Positions 47,441 through 64,000 of a DNA stretch of 64,000 nucleotides are shown piece by piece. The notes under the pieces are model-generated. The model did no database searches, was not told where the DNA came from, and saw nothing but the letters and a program-made list of their open reading frames with translations. Source of the stretch: the human T2T-CHM13v2.0 reference genome, Homo sapiens; the NCBI RefSeq assembly GCF_009914755.1, contig NC_060940.1; one strand, written 5' to 3'. Numbering within the stretch: position 1 is the stretch's first letter; each line of letters begins with the position of its first letter. The position numbers and the translations under genes are program-made.

Positions 47441-47993
47441 CTTAAGTAATTCTTAAAATGGCAAGGCTAGTATAACGGTTCACTCGGTTTTGCATCAGAG
47501 ACTGGGAGTCGGGGGCAGATTATCTTTGCCCTGGACCCCAGAATCTCCAGCTCCCTGGCCACTCACTCGCCTCCTCTGTATTCCGTCATTATGCTAACGC
47601 CTGGCCATCACGCACAGCCAGACCGGGCCACCTTGTTCCTGGGCGCAGCCATCGCCAACACCCCCCTTCACCTGCGCGCCGTCCTTGAGACCATCGTCAA
47701 TCTCTACCGCCATCCTGCCTCCCCGCCTTTCCTGGTCACCGTTATTCCTTGGCATCCAATTCACGTGCGAGTCCCCGGAATAATCCCAGTCCCCAGCACT
47801 GTCTGGTCCCTTGCCTCGCACTCTTATTTCGAACACCAGTATCGCTGGGTAGCTCAGCCCCTGTGCAACGACCCCGCGAGCAGTCCAGCCCCGTGTCCGT
47901 TCCCCGGGCACACCGATCCCAGACTCCAGAATAATCATCTGGCATCCTGGCCGCCCTGCTCCGAGGCCCCACGCCTCCCACTCCCGTGCACAC

Positions 47994-48166
47994 CTGGAGG
48001 AGAAGACGCGCGAACAGCTGATGGCGGTGCCCACGTCGCAGAGCGCGCGGTAATCCCGGTCCCGGGCGCGCGCCGCCTTCACGTGCAGCGCGTAGAGCGA
48101 GAGCACTAAGCCCGTCAGGCAAAGAGCGAGCCGCACCCAGCCAGGGCTCCCCCAGGTGCTGCCCAT
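47994..48166 (-). CDS. VKORC1: VKORC1 exon 1 (TM1 and luminal C43/C51)
   Basis: [58 protein letters not shown]; donor CAG|GTGTGC. Confidence 0.98.
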
Positions 48167-49125
<959 letters not shown>

Positions 49126-49976
49126 TCAACTCAACAGTCAGTCTCTCCTTTCCAAGCTGTGGGCCAGATGAGGTCTCTCCTTCACAGACGTCCCATCTGA
49201 TGGTGACCCATCTCTCCTACACCTTCAACCTCTCCATCCTCCCCATCTACACTGCAACTTGTTTCTCTTTCCCATCTCAGAAACAGCAACAAATCTCCCT
49301 TCACTAAGAGGTCCTTCACCAGCCTCCTCTCCCGGCATTATCCCATCTACCCCTCCACATTCAAGTTTTTGGAAAGATTCTACACTCCCAGTCTCTACTT
49401 CCTCACTTCTTCCTTGCTGCCCACGCCATAAACTAGCTGCTGCCTCCAGCATTGCCCTGACACCTAGTGGCTGGTGTCACCAAGACGCTAGACCCAATGG
49501 TTATTTATTTATTTATTTACTTATTTTGAGACGGAGTCTCACTCTGTCGCCCAGGCTGGAGTGCAGCGGTGCCATCTCGGCTCACTGCAACTTCCGCCTC
49601 CAGGGTTCAAGTGGTTCTCGTGCCTCAGCCTCCCAAGTAGTTTGGACTACAGGTGCCTGCCACCATGTCTGGCTAATTTTTGTATTTTTAGTAGAGACAG
49701 GGTTTCACCATGTTGGCCAGGCTTGTCTTAAACTCCTGACCTCAAGTGATCCACCCACCTCGGCCTCCCAAAATGCTAGGATTATAGGCGTGAGCCACCG
49801 CACCCGGCCAATGGTTGTTTTTCAGGTCTTCTCTTGCTTGACTTCCCAGAGGGATCCCTTACTGTTGCACCTACCCTTCTGGGAACTCTCTTCCTCTGGC
49901 GTCTGTGATATTTCCCTCTCCTGCTGGCTCCTCCCTCTCCAGATGCTGTTTCTCACATCTACTCTCTTCTAGAGAG

Positions 49977-52135
<2,159 letters not shown>

Positions 52136-52877
52136 GAGGACTGGGCATTAGGCCTGTATCTCAGCTTTCTCTGATCTCCTGGTGTGTTCCTGTTATTTAT
52201 TGTTGGTTTCCCCCAGAATGAGTGATCTAAGAGGAAGCAAAATAGAAGCCGCAATCTCTTTATGACTTAGCCTCAGAAGACACACACTGGGGCCAGGTGC
52301 AGTGGCTTATGCCTATAATCCCAGCACTTTGGGAGGCTGAGGCAGGAGGACCACTTGAGCCCAGGAGTTTGAGACACCCTGGACAACACAGGGAGACCCT
52401 CACTCTATAAAAAATAAACAAAATTAGCCAGGTGTGGTGGTGCACACCTGTAGTCCCAGAACTTTGGGAGGCTGAGACAAGACAATGACTTGAGCCCAGG
52501 AGTTTGAGACAGGTCTGGACAACGTGGTAAGACTCTGTCTTTATAAACATTTTTAAAATTAGGCGGGGCATGGTGGCTCATGCCTGTAATCCCAGCAATT
52601 TGGGAGGCTGAGGTGGTTGGATCACCTGAGGTCAGGAGTTTAAGACAAGCTTGGCCAACATGGCGAAACCTCGTCTCTACTAAAAATACAAAAATTAGCC
52701 GGGCATGGTGGTGGGTGCCTGTAATCCCAGCTACTCAGGAGGCTGAGGCAGGAGAATCATTTGAACCCGGGAGGTGGAAGTTGTAGTGAGCCGAGATTGC
52801 CTTCCTCACTCCAAGAGTTATAAAAGATTTTGACCATATTTTCTTCTAGCATTTAATCAATTAATTAATTAATGTGA

Positions 52878-52979
<102 letters not shown>

Positions 52980-53529
52980 TGAGTAGCTGTGATTACAGGC
53001 ACCAGCCACTATGCGTGGCTGATTTTTGTGTTTTTAGTAGAGACGGGGTTTCACCATATTGGCCAGGCTGGTCTCAAACTCCTGACCTCATGATCCACCC
53101 TCCTTGGCTTCCTAAAGTGCTGGGATTACAGGCGTGAGCCACTGTGCCTGGCCTTTTTCTTTCTTTTTTTTTTTTTTTTTCATTAGAGATGAGTTGTTGT
53201 TATGTTGCCTCTAACTCCTGGGCTCAAGCAGTTCTCCCACCCTGGCTTCCCAAAGTGCTGCTGGGATTACAGGAGTGAGCCACTGCCCCCAGCCTCTGAC
53301 AGTTTTTGTGCACTAGGAATTTGGGAAGACAATTTTACCTGGCTATTTCTGGCTCATACAATTGCAGTCAGATGGTGGCTAAAGCTGGAACAATAAGCAG
53401 CTAAAACAGCTGAAAGATAACCTAGCATTCTCTCTCCCTTTCTCTGAGTAGTCTCCGAACCTATCTATGTTGTCCTCTGCATGGGCTAGCTTGGGCTTCC
53501 TCACAGCATGGCAGCCTTAAGGCTTTAAT

Positions 53530-55890
<2,361 letters not shown>

Positions 55891-56081
55891 TTAAAAATAA
55901 AATAATAATAATATAGGGCAGTCAGACTGCCCACCTGGCAGCTCAGGACTAGCACATGTGCTCCAGAAAGCCAGGTGGAAGCTACATATTTTATGATCTA
56001 AACTCAGAAGTCATATAGCATCTGTTCCACTGTAATCACAAGCCTTCCCAGTTCCAAGGGGAGGGAACATAGACTCCCTCA

Positions 56082-56392
<311 letters not shown>

Positions 56393-57002
56393 TTACAGTG
56401 CAAGACTCTGTCTCAAAAAAAAAAAAAAAAAAAAAGAGAGAAGTTGGTTGGGCCCAGTGGCTCACGCCTGTAATCCCAACACTTTGGGAAGCTGAGATGG
56501 GAGGATCGCTTCAGGCCAGAAGATCCATCGTTACCAGCCTGAGCAACACAAGGAGATCCCGTCCTTACAAAATTTTTTTAAAAATCAGCTGGGTGTGGTG
56601 GCAGGCACCTGTGGTCACAGCTACTCGGGATGCTGAGGTAGGAGGATCGCTTGAGTCAGGGAGGTTGTGGCTGCCGTAAGCCATGAACATGCCATTGCAT
56701 TCTAGCCTGGGTAACAGAGTGAGACACTGTTTCAGAAAAAATAATAAAATAAAATAAATAATGTTGTAGGACAGGCGTGGGGCTCACGCTTGGAATTTCA
56801 GTGCTTTGGGAGACTGAGGCAGGAGGATTGCTTGAGAACAGGAGTTCGAGGCTGCAGTGAGCTGTGATCGCACCACTGCACTCCAGCCTTGGTGACATGA
56901 GCGATATCTTGTCTCAATAAATAAATACATACAGTTCTCTTTTACATCGAGTATATGTAAATTTTTAAAAATACATTGAAAGCGCTTAGAAAGCCGCCTG
57001 AC

Positions 57003-59148
57003 TCTCCCTCTCCCTCTCCCTCTCCCTCTCCCTCTCCCTCTCCCTCTCCGTCTCCGTCTCCGTCTCCGTCTCCGTCTCCGTCTCCCTCCACGGTCTCCTT
57101 CCACGGTCTCCCTCTGATGCCGAGCCAAGGCTGGACGGTGCTGCTGCCATCTCGGCTCACTGCAGCCTCCCTGCCTGATTCTCCTGCCTCAGCCTGCTGA
57201 GTGCCTGCGATTGCAGGCGCACGCCGCCACGCCTCACTGGTTTTCGTTTTTTTTTTTGGTGGAGACGGGGTTTTGCTGTGTTGGCCGGGCTGGTCTCCAG
57301 CTCCTAGCCGCGAGTGATCCGCCAGCCTCGGCCTCCCGGGGTGCCGGGATTGCGGACGGAGTCTCGTTCACTCAGTGCTCAGTGGTGCCCAGGCTGGAGT
57401 GCAGTGGCGTGATCTCGGCTCGCTACAGCCTCCACCTCCCAGCCGCCTGCCTTGGCCCCCCAAAGTGCCGAGATTGCAGCCTCTGCCCAGCCGCCACCCC
57501 GTCTGGGAAGTGAGGAGCGTCTCTGCTTGGCCACCCATCGTCTGGGATATGAGGAGCCTCTCTGCCTGGCTGCCCAGTCTGGAAAGTGAGGAGCGTCTCT
57601 GCCCGGCCGCCATCCCATCTAGGAAGCGAGGAGCGCCTCTTCCCCGCCGCCTTCCCATCTAGGAAGTGAGGAGCGTCTCTGCCTGGCCGCCCATCGTCTG
57701 AGATGTGGGGAGCACCTCTGCCCCGCCGCCCTGTCTGGGATGTGAGGAGCGCCTCTGCTGGCCGCAACCCTATCTGGGAGGTGAGGAGCGTCTCTGCCCG
57801 GCCGCCCCGTCTGAGAAGTGAGGAAACCCTCTGCCTGGCAACCGCCCCGTCTGAGAAGTGAGGAGCCCCTCCGTCCGGCAGCCACCCCGTCTGGGAAGTG
57901 AGGAGCGTCTCCGCCCGGCAGCCACCCCGTCCGGGAGGGAGGTGGGGGGGTCAGCCCCCCGCCCGGCCAGCCGCCCAGTCCGGGAGGTGAGGGGCGCCTC
58001 TGCCCGGCCGCCCCTACTGGGAAGTGAGGAGCCCCTCTGCCCGGCCAGCCGCCCCGTCCGGGAGGGGGGAGGGGGGGTCAGCCCCCTGCCCGGCCAGCCG
58101 CCCCGTCCGGGAGGGAGGTGGTGGGGGTCAGCCCCCCGCCCGGCCAGCCGCCCCGTCCGGGAGGTGAGGGGTGCCTCTGCCCGGCCGCCCCTACTGGGAA
58201 GTGAGGAGCCCCTCTGCCCGGCCAGCCGCCCCGTCCGGGAGGGAGGTGGGGGGGTCAGCCCCCCGCCCGGCCGGCCGCCCCGTCCGGGAGGTGAGGGGCG
58301 CCTCTGCCCCGCCGCCCCTACTGGGAAGTGAGGACCCCTCTGCCCAGCCAGCCGCCCCGTCCGGGAGGGAGGTGGGGGGGTCAGCCCCCCGCCCGGCCAG
58401 CCGCCCAGTCCGGGAGGGAGGTGGGGGGATCAGCCCCCCGCCCGGCCAGCCGCCCAGTCCGGGAGGGAGGTGGGGGGGTCAGCCCCCCGCCTGGCCAGCC
58501 GCCCCATCCGGGAGGGAGGTGGGGGGTCAGCCCCCCACCTGGCCAGCCGCCCCGTCCGGGAGGGAGGTGGGGGGGGTCAGCCCCCCGCCCGGCCAGCCGC
58601 CCCGTCCGGGAGGGAGGTGGGGGGATCAGCCCCCCGCCTGGCCAGCCGCCCCGTCCGGGAGGTGAGGGGCGCCTCTGCCCGGCCGCCCCTACTGGGAAGT
58701 GAGGAGCCCCTCTGCCCGGCCAGCCGCCCCGTCCGGGAGGGAGGTGGGGGGGTCAGCCCCCCGCCCGGCCAGCCGCCCCGTCCGGGAGGGAAGTGGGGGG
58801 GGTCAGCCCCCCGCCCGACCAGCCGCCCCGTCCGGGAGGGAGGTGGGGGGATCAGCCCCCCGCCTGGCCAGCCGCCCCGTCCGGGAGGTGAGGGGCGCCT
58901 CTGCCCGGCCGCCCCTACTGGGAAGTGAGGAGCCCCTCTGCCCTGCTTGAAGGCAGCATGCTCGTTAAGAGTCATCACCACTCCCTAATCTTAAGTACCC
59001 AGGGACACAAACACTGCGGAAGGCCGCAGGGTCCTCTGCCTAGGAAAACCAGAGACCTTTGTTCACTTGTTTATCTGCTGACCTTCCCTCCACTATTGTC
59101 CTATGACCCTGCCAAATCCCCCTCTGCGAGAAACACCCAAGAATGATC

Positions 59149-59181
<33 letters not shown>

Positions 59182-59199
59182 AAAATAAAAAAAAAAAAA
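57003..59199 (+). mobile_element. SVA retrotransposon (young, D/E-like): hexamer head, Alu-like domain, VNTR, internally deleted SINE-R, poly(A)
   Basis: (CCCTCT)n then (CCGTCT)n at 57003-57083; GC-rich VNTR ~57480-58943; SINE-R 3' end ...AAACACCCAAGAATGATCAATAAA; 15-bp TSD AGAAAGCCGCCTGAC at 56988-57002 and 59200-59214. Confidence 0.97.
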
Positions 59200-59410
59200 A
59201 GAAAGCCGCCTGACCTGTATACAGTATTCTGAAAAGGGGGTCGCGAGGTGCATGTCCAACCTCCGCCGCCGGGGGCAGCAGCGAGTCCAGGCCGAGCCGG
59301 GGCCTAGCGAGCGGGGTCAAATGGGGTGAGGCCTGTGCCAGACCTCTCCACCTCGGTGGCAGCCGCAGCCTCCTCCGCCTGCGGCTCCTGTCCACGCCGC
59401 GGCCACGTGA

Positions 59411-60877
<1,467 letters not shown>

Positions 60878-61699
60878 TAAAGTAATTGTCTTCTTATTGG
60901 TTTCTCTGCCTTTGGTCTCACCAAACGCCCCACTCTAAATCACTGCAGACAAGGGGTTCTGTCTAAGGAGGAGAGCCCACCAGTTAAAACCCTTCAGTAG
61001 TTCCTAACTACCCTAGGACAAATGCAGACTTATCCTTCGCTCTCTGCTGCCGCCCCTCTCCTTCCCAGATCCCATATGGCTCCAGCCATATCCTCAGACC
61101 ATCTGGGCTGTTGTCTGTCCTGCCACACACCCTTCCCACCCCGCTCCCTTGCAAGTCCTACTCAGGCTGCACCTACACAGCTGTCTCAGTTTCTATCTGA
61201 GGCTCCCGCAGCCTCCTCTGAAAGTCCTCATCACAGCCAATGATACTGAAACTGTTTTCTTATGCAGGGCACGGAAAGATCTATTCAACTCACTGCCCAA
61301 TCTCCTCTCCTGGTGCAGAAAAGACACCCAGTCAGCGACTTGCATTATCTGCAGGCATGAGTGAATAATAATAATGCCTAACCCTTATATAGTGCTAATT
61401 CCACGCCTGGCACTGTTCTAGGCACTCATATAAATTCATGTAATCCACACAACCCCAAAACTGATGATATCTCTTCATCTTACCAAGCACTGAGCAGTTA
61501 AATAACTTGCTCCAGATATTAAGGGGTCGAGCTGGGGTTTGAAGCCTGGTTACCCATAAATGAACCAAGAACTGGAAGGAGGACAAGACCTCCGAGAAGG
61601 AATCAGGTAGGGCGTGATCTGTGCGCTTTACATCTAAGATCTTCCAGCTCCCAGGGAGCCCGTTTCATAGAGCAGGAGATAGAGGCTGGGAGGAACACG

Positions 61700-61940
61700 G
61701 AGAGCCTCGAGAGCCGTGTGGAGGAAGCGGTGCTGTTTGGGGTCCGGGAGCAAGGGCGTGGCCTGGATGCGCGGGCGCCCGGGACGGCACGTCCTCAGAC
61801 CAAACTACAACTCCCAGGACCCAGCGGGCGCTGCCGCCCACGCGACGTCACGGCGGCGGAGGGCGCAGGCGGCTGGGCGCCTGGCGAGTGGACTGTTCGA
61901 GCCCTTCCGCTGGGACCCGGGCCCTGGCTCCGGCCCCGCG
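61700..61940 (+). promoter_or_regulatory. BCKDK: BCKDK CpG-island promoter and non-coding exon 1
   Basis: ACTACAACTCCCAG (ZNF143/THAP11-type) at 61804, CRE-like GACGTCA at ~61844, donor GCG|GTAAGT at 61940/61941. Confidence 0.8.
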
Positions 61941-62507
61941 GTAAGTGGGGCGACCCCAGCCTACTCAGTCCGCGGAGGCCCCGCGGCGCACGTCCGCAGC
62001 CTCCATCACAGCGCGGGCGCGCAGACGGGGCTGGCATCTACCATATGGGGGGCATCCGGGCCGAACCAAGTGACCCGCGTGGGGGGTCCCGCTGGGGACT
62101 CCGTGCCGCACCCTCCCAAGCCGGCCCCAGGGGCCCAGGGCTGGTGTCGCACGTTCGCTGGCCGCGCTCCCAGGGCCCGGGTTTGAAGGCGCTGGGCAGG
62201 CAGGGGCAGCCCCGCCCCCTGAGAAGGGTACCCGGGACCCCGGGGCGCTGGGGCGAGGTTTTCGGGCTGGAAGGGTCTGAGGGGCTCCTCCCCCGACAGC
62301 CCTCCCACCGCCAGTAGAGCCTCGGGTTGGGGAATAGAAGCCCCCGGGAGGCTAGGTCCTTTGGGCGCGGCCTGTGTGCATCTGGGGAGACGGTGGGAGT
62401 GGTGGGGAGAGGTCGCCCGGGTCTGGGGAGACCGATGCACAGGTGGAGAGATGGTGCGGGTTCTGTGGATTCGGATCCTTACAACTTCCTCTTCCCCGCC
62501 CCGGTAG

Positions 62508-62567
62508 ATGGGAGCTGCTCTCCGCGGGCTGAGCCTGTCAGCATCCTCGACGCACCCTGGTCCCTGA
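62508..62567 (+). promoter_or_regulatory. Upstream ORF (19 aa, MGAALRGLSLSASSTHPGP*) in the BCKDK 5'UTR
   Basis: ATG is the first triplet after acceptor CCGGTAG| at 62507; TGA at 62565-62567. Confidence 0.65.
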
Positions 62568-62684
62568 AGTCGGAGAAGAGCCCCTACCCACCCACACCCC
62601 CTTGCCCCATTTTGGGTCGCCTGGGTCCTCAGTCCTAGCGGATCCTCAGTCCTAGCGGCCACCGGGTCTGAAAGGAGCAAGACG

Positions 62685-62879
62685 ATGATCCTGGCGTCGG
62701 TGCTGAGGAGCGGTCCCGGGGGCGGGCTTCCGCTCCGGCCCCTCCTGGGACCCGCACTCGCGCTCCGGGCCCGCTCGACGTCGGCCACCGACACACACCA
62801 CGTGGAGATGGCTCGGGAGCGCTCCAAGACCGTCACCTCCTTTTACAACCAGTCGGCCATCGACGCGGCAGCGGAGAAG
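62685..62879 (+). CDS. BCKDK: Branched-chain ketoacid dehydrogenase kinase, first coding exon (mitochondrial transit peptide)
   Basis: [65 protein letters not shown]|GT. Confidence 0.96.
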
Positions 62880-62971
62880 GTGCGCAAGGGGGCAGCCAGC
62901 CCAGGGTCCGGGATGTAGGCGGGAGGGAGAGTGTTGGGGGTTCTCTGCTCAAGGCCTCTCTCCCTCTCTAG

Positions 62972-63040
62972 CCCTCAGTCCGCCTAACGCCCACCATGAT
63001 GCTCTACGCTGGCCGCTCTCAGGACGGCAGCCACCTTCTG
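62972..63040 (+). CDS. BCKDK: BCKDK coding exon 2
   Basis: [23 protein letters not shown]; AG/GT. Confidence 0.95.
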
Positions 63041-63133
63041 GTAAGATTCACGCCCTCTATTTTCCTCGTGGATCCTGGAGCTCTCCCAGACACTCAGGCT
63101 CCAGCCCCGCCTTCCCTTCTCATTTTCTCCCAG

Positions 63134-63244
63134 AAAAGTGCTCGGTACCTGCAGCAAGAACTTCCAGTGAGGATTGCTCACCGCATCAAGGGCTTCCGCT
63201 GCCTTCCTTTCATCATTGGCTGCAACCCCACCATACTGCACGTG
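63134..63244 (+). CDS. BCKDK: BCKDK coding exon 3
   Basis: [37 protein letters not shown] (PDK/BCKDK ELPVR motif). Confidence 0.96.
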
Positions 63245-63537
63245 GTAAGGTAGAGAGGACCTTAGGTCAGCGGGCCACCCTGCCCCGGGGGCAAGTGGGG
63301 AGTCTGGGGCCCAGAGTGGCAGACGATTGCTTGCCTAAAGGTGTCAGGGCCACACAGGATTCAACCCCAGGCCTTCAGAAGCCAAAGGTGTGTATTCACG
63401 GAGCCTGGAAGGGTCGAAGTGGGGGTTTGATCACGTGGTCGACCAGCTGGGTGGTGATCCCCATGGGTAGGTGGGGGTGGCTGTTCTCTGCTCAGTGCCC
63501 ATGCGGCTTTGTGAATTCCCACACCTCTTCCTTGCAG

Positions 63538-63585
63538 CATGAGCTATATATCCGTGCCTTCCAGAAGCTGACAGACTTCCCTCCG
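63538..63585 (+). CDS. BCKDK: BCKDK coding exon 4
   Basis: HELYIRAFQKLTDFPP; AG/GT. Confidence 0.95.
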
Positions 63586-63650
63586 GTGAGTGCTGGGCCA
63601 GAGCAGGGTGAGGGGCTGAGAGGTTGGGCTTGGACCACCCTTCCTCATGA

Positions 63651-63960
<310 letters not shown>

Positions 63961-64000
63961 GTGGGGCTCTGGGACCTGAGACCCACCTGGGAACATTAAG

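Noticed and set aside
57480-58943. Regular ~37-50 bp repeats resembling a CRISPR array or Pro/Gly-rich repeat protein
   Set aside because: SVA VNTR: no unique spacers, no cas genes, eukaryotic context
62006-62836. 276-aa - strand ORF at the BCKDK 5' end
   Set aside because: CpG-island antisense ORF without recognisable homology

Overview
Human (primate) genomic DNA, recognisable as the 16p11.2 locus ZNF668(-)/ZNF646(+)/PRSS53(-)/VKORC1(-)/BCKDK(+, 5' part only). I traced exon boundaries by hand from GT-AG sites. The summed CDS lengths give ZNF668 619 aa, ZNF646 1832 aa (1829 aa if the last intron is retained), PRSS53 553 aa and VKORC1 163 aa. The rest is extremely Alu-dense, with nested MaLR/ERVL LTRs, MIRs and one SVA with a 15-bp TSD upstream of BCKDK. 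Most ORF-track entries are Alu/SVA artefacts or antisense shadows. The most striking unexplained structure is a ~245-bp, ~89%-identical inverted copy of the VKORC1 polyadenylation region inside VKORC1 intron 2. In the pre-mRNA it could pair over the AAUAAA/cleavage site and loop out the terminal exon, and the VKORC1 exon 2 -> PRSS53 exon 2 junction would be in frame. Repeat subfamily names, rsIDs and literature links are from memory and were not checked against databases.
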